Position numbers and translations under genes: made by a program. Shown here one piece after another: positions 52,997 through 62,470 of a stretch of 64,000 nt of DNA. Positions within the stretch are counted from its first letter, which is position 1, and each line of letters begins with the position of its first letter. The stretch lies in assembly GCA_023249975.1 (NCBI GenBank), contig JAHFBP010000007.1, positions 12,198-76,197 of the forward strand, read 5' to 3'. The notes under the pieces are model-generated. The model did not search any database. It was not told where the DNA came from and worked only from the letters and a program-made list of their open reading frames with translations. Source of the DNA: a bacterium (GTDB lineage Bacteria; Babelota; Babeliae; Babelales; GCA-2401785).

Positions 52997-53956
52997 ATGA
53001 AAAAACTGCAGTATTCAGCCTCCCTCAAGCATGCATTTTCTATCTTCAAACGATGTGGAAAGTTTATTGGGAAAATTGCCACCAATCTCAACAGCCTTGG
53101 AGCATCAAGCGCAAGTCACGCCATTGTCAGCCGAGCAGTACTGCCGGCCAGCTACCTCAAAACTCCCAAACTTGCACTCACCAGTGAATTTGAAATTGAA
53201 GTAGAAAGCATGAACGAACAAATTTTGGAATTTACCAAAATTACTGAAAGTGGTATTGCTGTTGAGGTTTTGCAGATTATGCCGCAGGCAAAAGTTGAGG
53301 GATACGTAATCGCCCTTGTGGGCAATTGTGACTTTTATCAAAATCACCTGGACGAACTCTATCAACTGGCACAATCGACCAAGCTCGGCATTATGAGCTT
53401 TAATTATCCCAAAAAAATCTCGTCTGCTGCAGCTGTTATTGCAACATTTGCCGAACTTATCAATCCGTACCTTGCAGAAGTTGGCGCCAAAAACATTGTC
53501 CTCAAAGGTCATTCCATTGGTGGCGCATTTGCCTCGTACATAGCCCAAGGATTACACAAAAAGGGACATTCTATCGGGCTGATTACCGACCGAAGCTTTA
53601 CCCGGCTGGACTTGGCAGCCCACGAACTGATGGGAATTACCCAAAAAGACGCAAGCTTCCTCCTCAAAACTTACGGATGGGAACTCAATCCCGAAGATGT
53701 AATTGGTGATATTGACCCAACATGCCAACATCATTTTTTTATTGAAGATGACGCGGTGGTCAAAGCGCAGGCAAGCACGCGCAATTACACATCCGTTCCA
53801 ACTGAAGAAATATTTCCCTACGTGATATCAGCTGATGGATTTTTACGGCATCTTTTGGAAATAACAGATCTCAAAACTAAAGATAAAACCCCTTTTCTTG
53901 ATCGATTGAATCAGGTTATTAAGGGCTTTCGACGCGCACCGGAAACAGCTCAGTGA
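52997..53956 (+). CDS. Alpha/beta hydrolase (lipase-like)
   Basis: FNYP, GHSIGG nucleophile elbow, DRSF, downstream D and H. Confidence 0.75.
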   Translation: MKKLQYSASLKHAFSIFKRCGKFIGKIATNLNSLGASSASHAIVSRAVLPASYLKTPKLALTSEFEIEVESMNEQILEFTKITESGIAVEVLQIMPQAKVEGYVIALVGNCDFYQNHLDELYQLAQSTKLGIMSFNYPKKISSAAAVIATFAELINPYLAEVGAKNIVLKGHSIGGAFASYIAQGLHKKGHSIGLITDRSFTRLDLAAHELMGITQKDASFLLKTYGWELNPEDVIGDIDPTCQHHFFIEDDAVVKAQASTRNYTSVPTEEIFPYVISADGFLRHLLEITDLKTKDKTPFLDRLNQVIKGFRRAPETAQ

Positions 53957-55047
53957 TTCTTTTTGACCAGAAAATAAGCTTGGGCGGCTGATGGCTGCGA
54001 CCTCAGATCATTCCAAAAGTCTTTACGATTTTCATAAATGCCCGCAAAAATGTCCAACTGGTAGAGGTTGTTACGAAAAGCATCACCGGTGTCACCCAAA
54101 ACACCCAGGCGGACCTCTTTCTTTTGAGTTCGTGGATTGGTGTAATCAAGGGCGATTATTTTGCCAAGGCCCAATTGCTTAGTATCTCCAGCAAACAAAA
54201 CCTTTGAATGGTTTAATTTTTTCAGATGTGGCCCACCATCATTGCCATTAATATCATTCACTTCCTTAAAAAACCAATACCTGATATCTCGAACGGGATT
54301 CGGGTCATTACTGGCGATTGTATACGGCTTGTGGACATTAAAATACCGCAAGTTCCCATCAGGCATCTTGATAATAATGGTTCCTTCCATCAAGGCATCA
54401 CTCGCCGCTTTTGAATTAACCCACACCAAGGGACGCACACATGGAGCTATTTCTTGAGTGTTAAATCCATCACCAAAAAGATCGTCTCGTGACTGCGTTT
54501 TCATAAATTTTTTTAATGCCGGAGTTTCTTCAACAAGTCCGTACAGCGCCACAGGGTACTTGTCAGATTTGCAGTCACCGCCATCGCTCATAAATACCGC
54601 ATAACTGGTCAGTCGGATGTTATTGCCATCAAGTCCATCACCCTTCCAAGAAACACGTGCTCCTGCTTTTTCATATCCACCTTTATCGCCATGCCATTTG
54701 AGAAAGTTAAAGTGATGGCTTAAAAACCTTGAATCAGTAATCCGCTGATGAGCCTTTCCTCGATCTTGCTCAATGACTTGCTCAATGAACATCAAAGTCT
54801 TGTAAGCGGCGTCACGGGAAATTCCATGATGAGCAAGTAATGAAGATTCAACCACCGCGTAATTATGTTTAAAGTAGGGAAGCATGTCTTGAATAACCCG
54901 AAGAAGCGCACCAGGATCGGTCACAACCGCCGTATTGGCAAATGGAGCTGTGGTTGTTCTGGAAAAGCACTTATTGTTCGCCTGAGAAGAACCGAAGGCC
55001 ATTTGGGCGCCACAGAACGTGAAAACCAGCCATAAAAGTCGTGCCAT
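53950..55047 (-). CDS. MltA-like lytic transglycosylase / 3D-domain protein
   Basis: Signal; MEGT, RYWFF, DTGDAF...LDIFAG. Confidence 0.7.
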   Translation of the reverse strand: MARLLWLVFTFCGAQMAFGSSQANNKCFSRTTTAPFANTAVVTDPGALLRVIQDMLPYFKHNYAVVESSLLAHHGISRDAAYKTLMFIEQVIEQDRGKAHQRITDSRFLSHHFNFLKWHGDKGGYEKAGARVSWKGDGLDGNNIRLTSYAVFMSDGGDCKSDKYPVALYGLVEETPALKKFMKTQSRDDLFGDGFNTQEIAPCVRPLVWVNSKAASDALMEGTIIIKMPDGNLRYFNVHKPYTIASNDPNPVRDIRYWFFKEVNDINGNDGGPHLKKLNHSKVLFAGDTKQLGLGKIIALDYTNPRTQKKEVRLGVLGDTGDAFRNNLYQLDIFAGIYENRKDFWNDLRSQPSAAQAYFLVKKNH

Positions 55048-55180
55048 AACATGCCCCCCCCTCATGCTCAATATTGCAACTAGAATATAGGCAATCAGAA
55101 GGCCCGTGGTCAACGGAACAAGAAAACTAGCATGGTTTTAGCCAAGAAGGCTGATTATGCTTCTAGATACTCACCCACAT

Positions 55181-55257
55181 CCCGCATGCCCTGCCTGTCC
55201 GCCATAGCTTTAGCGACGGAGGAAGTGTTTTTCGTAGAAAAATGTATCGAAGGGTGG
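55181..55257 (-). repeat. REP-like element carrying a nested 30-bp insert (55194-55223)
   Basis: Removing CCTGTCCGCCATAGCTTTAGCGACGGAGGA restores a close match to the reverse complement of 62261-62307. Confidence 0.75.
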
Positions 55258-55319
55258 TCAAGAAAAATATATTATTAACATTTTGAAGAAATTTCTACTT
55301 AACAAATCCAGCCATAAGC

Positions 55320-55360
55320 AATAAAAAAGGCCCGGATTTTTGGTCCGGGCCTTTTTTATT
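55320..55360. terminator. Intrinsic terminator of ndk
   Basis: AATAAAAAAGGCCCGGA...TCCGGGCCTTTTTTATT. Confidence 0.85.
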
Positions 55361-55380
55361 TTAGGTTTAGTTAGTTCGCT

Positions 55381-55812
55381 TTAGCAGCAGCCTTTGCGTC
55401 CTGACAACTCTGGGAAGATCATAGCGATCTCATCTTGAGCGGTTTCGGTCGCATCTGAGCCATGAACTGCGTTGGCGCCGATGTTGCGAGCATAACGCTG
55501 ACGAACGGTACCTTCTGCCGCTTTGGCAGGGTCAGTAGCGCCAATCAAGTCACGCCAAGCTACAACTGCGTTTTCTTTTTCAAGAACCATCGCAACCACT
55601 GGACCTGAACTGATGTGGTCAACAAGTTCGCCAAAGAATGGACGAGCACTGTGAACCGCATAGAACATTTGGCCGCATTGTTTTGTAAATTGGAGCATTT
55701 TAAGGCCCGCAATTTTAAAACCAGCTTGTTCGATCATCGTGACAATGTGTCCGATGTGCTTATCTTCAACTGCATCAGGCTTAATCATCGCAAAGGTACG
55801 TTGCATTTCCAT
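55381..55812 (-). CDS. ndk: Nucleoside diphosphate kinase
   Basis: RTFAMIKPDAV, SGPV, NAVHGSD. Confidence 0.97.
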   Translation of the reverse strand: MEMQRTFAMIKPDAVEDKHIGHIVTMIEQAGFKIAGLKMLQFTKQCGQMFYAVHSARPFFGELVDHISSGPVVAMVLEKENAVVAWRDLIGATDPAKAAEGTVRQRYARNIGANAVHGSDATETAQDEIAMIFPELSGRKGCC

Positions 55813-55827
55813 GAGGTAATCCTTTCC

Positions 55828-57726
55828 TTATTCGTCTGATTTGGTTGATTCAGCCTTAGCTTCTGCCGCATCTTCCTTCATGTGAGCCTTAAGGGCATCA
55901 CGCAAAGAACCTTGGACCGCATTTGGTGCAGACTCAGTAACAGGAGCTGTAACAGCTGGTCTGACTGGTCGAACCGGGCCTTCAGTTTTTTCACGGACTG
56001 GACGCTCTGGCGAACGATAAGCTGATCGTGATTGATCTGGGCTTTGTGGACGAACCACAGCACGCTTAGTTTCATCAGGTTCAGCTACTGCACGAAGACT
56101 CAAGCCAAGCTTACGATCAGCTTGATTTGATTTAACGACCTTGAACTCTCTGCGGTCACCGACCTTGAGAAACTCTTCTGGGTTGCTTACTTCTTTGTTT
56201 GAGAACTCAGAAATATGCACAAGGCCTTCTATGCCGCTGTCGAACTTAATGAATGCACCAAAACCAGTGATCTTGGAAACAACACCTTCAACGATCTTGC
56301 CAACTGGGTAATCTTCCTCAATGCGTTCCCATGGATCGCGATCAAGTTGTTTAATCCCAAGTGAGATACGCTTGTTATCTTTGTCAATTGCAAGAACAAC
56401 AACATTGACAACATCAGCCTTCTTGTACTTGTCAGCAGGGTGAGAAATGTGCTCTGTCCATGAAATATCTGAGATATGAACAAGGCCATCAACACCTTCT
56501 TGAAGCTGAACAAAAATACCGAAGTCTGTTACGTTGTTCACAGCACCGGTAATGCGATCGCCCACTTTGAATTTGTCAAAGACAAGTTTCCATGGGTCTT
56601 CTGCCAAGCGCTTGATACTCAATGACATGCGACGGTTACCTTCGTCAATCGCAACAACGATCACGTCGATTTTATCGCCAACATTGTAGTATTTAGACAA
56701 GTTGTGAATACGTTCTGTCCATGAAATTTCAGAAATGTGGACAAGTCCTTCAATTCCTTTATCAATTTCAACAAACAAGCCGTAATCAGTAATGCTTGAA
56801 ATCGAACCTTTAAGGCGTTTGCCAATAGGATAATTGAGTGCAATACCATCCCATGGGTTGCCCTGAAGCTGTTTCATGCCAAGAGAGATCTTTTCGTGTT
56901 CTTTATCGAATGAGATCACCTTAACTGAAACGGTATCACCGATTTTGACAAGTTCGCTTGGATGACCAACACGACCCCATGACATATCGGTAATATGAAG
57001 CAAGCCGTCGATGCCACCAACGTCGACAAACACACCATAGTTGGTGATGTTTTTAACAACACCTTCAATGATTTGACCTTCGAACAATGTTTCGAGCGCC
57101 TTAACTTTCTCTCCAGCGCGAAGGCTTTCAAGGAATTTGCGACGAGAAACGATCACGTTTCCACGACGACGATTGATTTTCAAAATAGAACATGTAACTT
57201 CTTGACCTACAAATGAGTCAAAGTTGTTAACACGTTGAATATCGACTTGAGAACCGGGCAAGAACGCAGGAATGCCCACGTCAACACTCAATCCACCTTT
57301 AACTTTATGAGTAACGATACCCTTAACAGGCTCTTCTTTCTCAGCAAGTTCAAAGAGACGATCCCAAGCTTTGAGTGATTTCGCTTTTTGGTATGAAAGA
57401 ATAACCATACCATTTTCGTCTTCGAGACGATCAAGCAATACTTCAATCTCACCTTCTGGCTTAATTCTTTCTAATTCAAACTCAGAAAACTCTTGGTTTG
57501 AAATAAGACCATCAGATTTGTAGTCGATGCTCACAAGAACACCATCGCCTGACTTGGAAAGAACTTTTCCTTTAACAAGTGTGCCAACCCTGAATTTTCC
57601 TTCAAGGTCGCTATAAAGATCTGAAACCTCTTGAGCAAATTCTTTGCTTTGTACGAGAGCTTCATCCAGAAGTACCTGGCTATGATCAGCCGCGCGTCGA
57701 ATGTTTACGACAGCTTTTCTGTTCAT
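55828..57726 (-). CDS. rpsA: 30S ribosomal protein S1
   Basis: Six S1 domains (GLLHITDMSW, GLVHISEISW etc.). Confidence 0.97.
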   Translation of the reverse strand: MNRKAVVNIRRAADHSQVLLDEALVQSKEFAQEVSDLYSDLEGKFRVGTLVKGKVLSKSGDGVLVSIDYKSDGLISNQEFSEFELERIKPEGEIEVLLDRLEDENGMVILSYQKAKSLKAWDRLFELAEKEEPVKGIVTHKVKGGLSVDVGIPAFLPGSQVDIQRVNNFDSFVGQEVTCSILKINRRRGNVIVSRRKFLESLRAGEKVKALETLFEGQIIEGVVKNITNYGVFVDVGGIDGLLHITDMSWGRVGHPSELVKIGDTVSVKVISFDKEHEKISLGMKQLQGNPWDGIALNYPIGKRLKGSISSITDYGLFVEIDKGIEGLVHISEISWTERIHNLSKYYNVGDKIDVIVVAIDEGNRRMSLSIKRLAEDPWKLVFDKFKVGDRITGAVNNVTDFGIFVQLQEGVDGLVHISDISWTEHISHPADKYKKADVVNVVVLAIDKDNKRISLGIKQLDRDPWERIEEDYPVGKIVEGVVSKITGFGAFIKFDSGIEGLVHISEFSNKEVSNPEEFLKVGDRREFKVVKSNQADRKLGLSLRAVAEPDETKRAVVRPQSPDQSRSAYRSPERPVREKTEGPVRPVRPAVTAPVTESAPNAVQGSLRDALKAHMKEDAAEAKAESTKSDE

Positions 57727-58118
57727 TCAAACAGTCCCCGGCCGCTTCCTTTTTGATAAGGAGCGGAAGTTAGAGAGTAAAACAAATAAAACGACATTGG
57801 GTCACGATAGTACAAACGGTCAAACAATTGACAATCAGTATGACGCGCTCCCAACTTGGGAGTGTACCAGAGAATAGACTTTTAGCAAATTTTGGCCCCA
57901 AAAACGCCTGAATCAATCCATTCAAACCGTGAATATTCCAACCATGATCACCAAAACCTTCCGTAAAGATACAAGCAAAAGAGCAACCACAGCACCTTGT
58001 GGTATTTGCCTACTCGGAAATCAACACAGAAATACTCGGAAGGCAAAACACTTCCGAGTTCCCTAAAAAAGAGTCGGCTTGCCAAAAACTGGCTCAAGTT
58101 TGCCAAAACTCCAATCTC

Positions 58119-58148
58119 TTGAAATCCAAACCCTAATCTTGCTATATT
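58119..58148 (+). promoter_or_regulatory. Conserved cassette promoter (TTGAA[A/G]-18 bp-TATATT, extended -10), present before all five cassettes
   Basis: AATCTCTTGAA...CTTG[C/T]TATATTTCAAATAGAATT repeated at about 58113, 60549, 61489, 62386 and 63258. Confidence 0.65.
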
Positions 58149-58164
58149 TCAAATAGAATTATGC

Positions 58165-58212
58165 GAGATGTCTCAAAAAAGAGATGTCTCAAAAAAGAGA
58201 TGTCTCAAAAAA
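58165..58212 (+). repeat. 16-bp tandem repeat x3 (GAGATGTCTCAAAAAA)
   Basis: Directly visible. Confidence 0.95.
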
Positions 58213-58228
58213 GAGATGGAGATATCTC

Positions 58229-58879
58229 GTGAAGAACCTCAAAATACATCTTTTTGGTGCCGCAACCCTTCTTGGCATGATGCTGCTGACATCGGGAATC
58301 AATGCAGGAGATGGTGCGCCTGAATCCGAAGACATTGCAAGTACTGAACCCTCACAAAACTTCATGCAACGCGGCTGGGAAATGGCCAAGCGAAATCCTC
58401 GCAGGGCGGCAGTGGCCGGTCTTGGCGCTGTGGGTGCTGGATTGGCAGCACGAAGATATATGCAAAACCTAAACATAACCCAAAATCATTTCAATACCAT
58501 TGAAATGGTTATCCAACAACTCGAGGCAGAAATTAATGCTTTGAATGCGATAATACCCCATAATCCTCAATTTGATATTTTTTATAGAGAATGGACTACC
58601 GCGACTGAAGAACCTGACAGAAAAGGCTGGCGTATTCCGACAGAAAATCCGAAGCTAAAGGGTATTATAATAAATATCAAAGATACACTTGAAAATCTTA
58701 AACTGAAGCTGGAAGAATCAATTCTGGGACCTTTACATACTGAATCGGGCATGAATCCAGGTCAACAGCCAAGTCATGCAGGAAGATTTGGTAAAATTAT
58801 AAGCGCTCCATTCAGAGCGATTCATGGAAAATACCAAAACTGGCGCAAACCTCAACGAAACCCAGTGCTTGACGAATAA
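58229..58879 (+). CDS. Cassette 1: secreted protein with conserved N-terminus and variable C-terminus
   Basis: GGAG RBS plus GTG; signal peptide; QRGWEMAKRNP..GLGAVGAGLAARRYMQ. Confidence 0.8.
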   Translation: MKNLKIHLFGAATLLGMMLLTSGINAGDGAPESEDIASTEPSQNFMQRGWEMAKRNPRRAAVAGLGAVGAGLAARRYMQNLNITQNHFNTIEMVIQQLEAEINALNAIIPHNPQFDIFYREWTTATEEPDRKGWRIPTENPKLKGIIINIKDTLENLKLKLEESILGPLHTESGMNPGQQPSHAGRFGKIISAPFRAIHGKYQNWRKPQRNPVLDE

Positions 58880-58885
58880 GAATTA

Positions 58886-58950
58886 TAATCAAAATAACAC
58901 TCCGAACTATTCAAAAGAGGCGGATGTCATTTGTGCATCCGCCTCTTTCT
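58886..58950 (+). terminator. Shared cassette 3' module with terminator (also at 61311 and 63116)
   Basis: TAATCAAAATAACACTCCGAACTATTCAAAAGAGGCGGA...TCCGCCT plus T tract. Confidence 0.8.
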
Positions 58951-59019
58951 GTTTAAATCTAGAAAAACTACTCAGAATCCTGTTCAGTTTCCCTTTTCTG
59001 ACGTATTTTGATTACCAAA

Positions 59020-60390
59020 TTAATTTTCAGATAAGCCCTTAATCAATACAAAAACAGCATGTGGATCTTTTGAAGATGTGGCTATTTTATAAAGTAGCCG
59101 TCCCTCAAGCATGCGCTTTAATCTATTGCTCGCAGTTCGCGTTGTAACCGCCCAGACCTCAGCAGCATTTTTGGTACTCACTTGGCCATTCTTTTTCAAG
59201 TAAGTAATCATAACGTACTCCCATGACGTAAGATTTGGAGCTACACTACGCACTTTTGTCGCATATAATGTAACCCTGAATTGATTGTTAAGCTCCTGGA
59301 ACCAAGGCGCCATAAGCCCCTGTTGCTCACAAGCATCCTGAATCCTCTTCAGTCCAGACCCCCAACGCTCTATAAACTTCAATTCACGCAACACGCGTCC
59401 GATTACCCGATTTCTCAGCCTAGATGAACCCGCCAGAGCATTTTCGAGCGTCATACCAAAATGCAATCCCCCTGGATTGGTAATTTCAATGCGATCATCA
59501 AAAATAGCCACCGATATAGAAGCGCCTTTCATCTCATAATCAGCATGAAGAATTGCATTTATCACCGCTTCTCGCACGGCAACGGGTGGATATTGGGGAA
59601 TGTCAACGCGTTTCATTCTTCCAATGGTCGAACTTACCTTGGTGTGCTGCTCAATGAAGGTAATAACTTTTTCTATCATCAAAGGCATATGAGCCCTGAT
59701 ATCTACTTGATCAAGGAATTTAACTTTATTAATGCCTGAAAATTGTGCGCATTGTACGATTGCATCTGGATACCGTAACGTTTTTTCGGCACCAAACAAA
59801 AGAACTCCTCCGGATGTTGGATATATCTTGCCCGATTGTTCCACAAGCATCCCGAGCATTTGACTTTTCTGGTCTGAGATTTCTTTATTAACTTTTTTAA
59901 ACTCATCCTTAATTACAGACCAGTCAAGCCACTCCCTTGAACCATGAAGATAAGGAGCCTCGTCCGATGATTTATTATTTGCAAACAAACGCAATCGATG
60001 CAATGTTTCTGTATCTGCTATGCGCTTGGTAGACCCAAGCCGTACATAGACACCTTTTTCTGGACCAGCTGATTTGAGATAATAGGGTCCAACAGCGTGA
60101 TAAACATGAATAATGATAATTTCTTTATTGCGCAAGGTTTGAATTTCAATATCTGGCATAATTGAAGGAACTATAGAATCGGCAATTGCGCAAGCAAGCC
60201 GCTCTTCTTCCTTGAGAACATCAGCAACTCCCACAACCTCTTTAGTTGCATCTTTTACACCAATAACAATGGTGCCTCCAGCTGTATTTGCAAAAGCCAC
60301 AATAGTTTTTATGATTCCATCGAGCGAAATAAGATTTTCCTTAAATTCAAGGGCCTTGCCTTCGTTTTGAACTAAAAGCTCTTCTAACAT
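59020..60390 (-). CDS. AlbA_2/Schlafen-like DNA-binding + HATPase_c_4 + wHTH protein (often annotated RecG-like)
   Basis: LEFKE, AFANTAGG.IVIGV.D, REAVINAILHADY, I.NPGG, RN..I...L.ELKFIE.WGSG. Confidence 0.88.
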   Translation of the reverse strand: MLEELLVQNEGKALEFKENLISLDGIIKTIVAFANTAGGTIVIGVKDATKEVVGVADVLKEEERLACAIADSIVPSIMPDIEIQTLRNKEIIIIHVYHAVGPYYLKSAGPEKGVYVRLGSTKRIADTETLHRLRLFANNKSSDEAPYLHGSREWLDWSVIKDEFKKVNKEISDQKSQMLGMLVEQSGKIYPTSGGVLLFGAEKTLRYPDAIVQCAQFSGINKVKFLDQVDIRAHMPLMIEKVITFIEQHTKVSSTIGRMKRVDIPQYPPVAVREAVINAILHADYEMKGASISVAIFDDRIEITNPGGLHFGMTLENALAGSSRLRNRVIGRVLRELKFIERWGSGLKRIQDACEQQGLMAPWFQELNNQFRVTLYATKVRSVAPNLTSWEYVMITYLKKNGQVSTKNAAEVWAVTTRTASNRLKRMLEGRLLYKIATSSKDPHAVFVLIKGLSEN

Positions 60391-60600
60391 AAATACTCCA
60401 TATAATAGCGGCCCAATGCGCCTTGACGCAAAAGCAAACTGCTTCATACTCGGAAATTAACACAGAAATACTCGGAAGGCAAAACACTTCCGAGTTCCTT
60501 AAAAAAGAGTCGACTTGCCAAAAAACGGCTCAAGTTTACCAAAACCCTAATCTCTTGAAGTCCCAACCCTAATCTTGCTATATTTCAAATAGAATTACGC

Positions 60601-60664
60601 GAGATGTCTCAGAAAAGAGATGTCTCAGAAAAGAGATGTCTCAGAAAAGAGATGTCTCAGAAAA
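60601..60664 (+). repeat. 16-bp tandem repeat x4 (GAGATGTCTCAGAAAA)
   Basis: Directly visible. Confidence 0.95.
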
Positions 60665-60680
60665 GAGATGGAGATATCTC

Positions 60681-61313
60681 GTGAAGAACCTCAAAATACG
60701 TCTTTTTGGCGCCCCTGTCCTTCGAAGCCTTGGCGTAGCAGGATTTGCACTCGCTTGCATGGTATTACTCAGTAATGTAGCTCAAGGCACACTTGAGGGA
60801 TCTGCTCGCAAAAATACCAACGCCCAACAACAAACCCTTGCCCAACGTGGTTGGGAAATGGCCAAGCGAAACCGCAACAATATCGGCGCTCTTGCCGGCG
60901 GAACTGCTGCTGCAACCGGCACTAGTTTTGCAGCACGGAAATATTTGCAAAATCGCCAACAAATACAAAATGAGAAAAACAGAGAACAGAATCTGTTGAT
61001 CAGTCGAATTGATACAATGATTCGAAAATTTAATAGGCTGTTTAACCACATAAATGTTAATTTAAAACCAAGCAAAAAACAGGTAGCTGCTGTAGCTAGT
61101 GCGCTTGACCAAATTGTTGACCTCCGCACTGAAGCTTTCAACATAAGAGACACTATCAATAGTTCAGTACACTCTAGTAAACCAGCACAATTTAGTGAAA
61201 CAGCACCATCAAGTAACAGTGGACCTAGTCGCATAAATTGGGCCTGGAAAGCACTTCGCCACCCTGTATCAACTTATCAATCATGGGGCCACACAGGAAC
61301 AAGCGCAGAATAA
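60681..61313 (+). CDS. Cassette 2: conserved-N/variable-C secreted protein with a 10-aa insert in its signal peptide
   Basis: QRGWEMAKRNR...GTSFAARKYLQ; its TAA stop is the first triplet of the shared 3' module. Confidence 0.8.
   Translation: MKNLKIRLFGAPVLRSLGVAGFALACMVLLSNVAQGTLEGSARKNTNAQQQTLAQRGWEMAKRNRNNIGALAGGTAAATGTSFAARKYLQNRQQIQNEKNREQNLLISRIDTMIRKFNRLFNHINVNLKPSKKQVAAVASALDQIVDLRTEAFNIRDTINSSVHSSKPAQFSETAPSSNSGPSRINWAWKALRHPVSTYQSWGHTGTSAE
60714..60743 (+). mobile_element. 30-bp miniature insertion, in frame (PVLRSLGVAG)
   Basis: CCTGTCC...AGGA, same length and ends as 55194-55223; absent from the four paralogous cassettes. Confidence 0.65.
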
Positions 61314-61540
61314 TCAAAATAACACTCCGAACTATTCAAAAGAGGCGGACACATTTTGTGCATCCGCCTCTTTTGTTTTAAAACTAGCCCTAAGACCGCG
61401 CCCAAGACCCATTCGAATGATCTTGATAAATCAAACGCCCTTTTCACGCCCATCCCTCTTCAAAATGGCTCATTCGGCACAAAAGCCCAATCTCTTGAAG
61501 TCCCAACCCTAATCTTGTTATATTTCAAATAGAATTGCGC

Positions 61541-61604
61541 GAGATGTCTCAGAAAAGAGATGTCTCAGAAAAGAGATGTCTCAGAAAAGAGATGTCTCAG
61601 AAAA
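61541..61604 (+). repeat. 16-bp tandem repeat x4
   Basis: Directly visible. Confidence 0.95.
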
Positions 61605-61620
61605 GAGATGGAAATATCTC

Positions 61621-62196
61621 ATGAAAAGCCTAAAAATAAGTCTTTATGGCACATTAGCACTCGTTTGTATGGTGCTCGTGACACCAGGAGCCAAGGGAAG
61701 CGAAGAAGCACCTGACGTATCTGAAGCTGAGCAAATCGAAAATTCCAAAATCCAACCAAACTTTGCCCGACGTGGCTGGGAAATGGCCAAACGAAACCGT
61801 GGCAGTGTTGGATTTTTGACGGGGGCTGGCATGGGCCTGGTTGTACGAAATAGTTTGCAAAATCCACAAAAAAGATTTCTGACTGTCTCAAAAATGTATG
61901 AGCTGGCCTTTCACTTACTGAATGGATATGCCTTTGATTATGCCAGATGGGATAGCAAAAACACTAATGATAAGAATGTTTATAGGACTGATGAATTGAA
62001 TAATGCGCTAAAGTTGACTGAAGATGCCTTGTCCCCTCAAAGGAATACTTCGTATAATCATAAGACTATTAACAACGCCATCCTGACAATTCAGGAGATC
62101 AGCAATCAGATGTATTATGATAATGTGGCGCTAAAGTCTGCTGTATCGGCAGCCATCGATTGCCTGGACCAGATCAACAACTTCAGGAAGCAGTAG
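61621..62196 (+). CDS. Cassette 3: conserved-N/variable-C secreted protein
   Basis: N-terminal 70 codons near-identical to cassette 4; unrelated C-terminus. Confidence 0.8.
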   Translation: MKSLKISLYGTLALVCMVLVTPGAKGSEEAPDVSEAEQIENSKIQPNFARRGWEMAKRNRGSVGFLTGAGMGLVVRNSLQNPQKRFLTVSKMYELAFHLLNGYAFDYARWDSKNTNDKNVYRTDELNNALKLTEDALSPQRNTSYNHKTINNAILTIQEISNQMYYDNVALKSAVSAAIDCLDQINNFRKQ

Positions 62197-62260
62197 CTTG
62201 TGGCGTAATCGAACGAGAGGGTGAACGACTTAAAATTAATTTAAAGAGTTACAATAGTGA

Positions 62261-62307
62261 CCCTTTGATACATTTTTCTTATGAAAAACACTCAGGGCAT
62301 ACTGGAG
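62261..62307 (+). repeat. REP-like element
   Basis: CCCTTTGATACATTTTTCTTATGAAAAACACTCAGGGCATACTGGAG. Confidence 0.7.
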
Positions 62308-62438
62308 TAAATTCCTAGAAAGTATAGTTGGGCCCATTCCACTTTTTCAAAAATCACGCAATCATCGCAAATTAGACACAAAGCCCAATCTCTTGAAGTC
62401 CCAACCCTAATCTTGTTATATTTCAAATAGAATTACGC

Positions 62439-62454
62439 GAGATGTCTCAAAAAA
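62439..62454 (+). repeat. Single 16-bp unit (GAGATGTCTCAAAAAA)
   Basis: Directly visible. Confidence 0.9.
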
Positions 62455-62470
62455 GAGATGGAAATATCTC

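Larger units (their letters stand above)
58011..58260. repeat. About 250-bp direct repeat (second copy about 60447-60713) containing TACTCGGAA boxes, cassette promoter and 16-bp repeats
   Basis: Near-identical from TACTCGGAAAT through the cassette start codon region. Confidence 0.85.

Noticed and set aside
58184-61620. MSQKRDVS... N-terminal extensions of the cassette ORFs in the ORF track
   Set aside because: These ATGs come from the tandem repeat; the RBS-like GGAG/GGAA and signal peptides point to starts at 58229, 60681 and 61621, and cassette 4 lacks the extension
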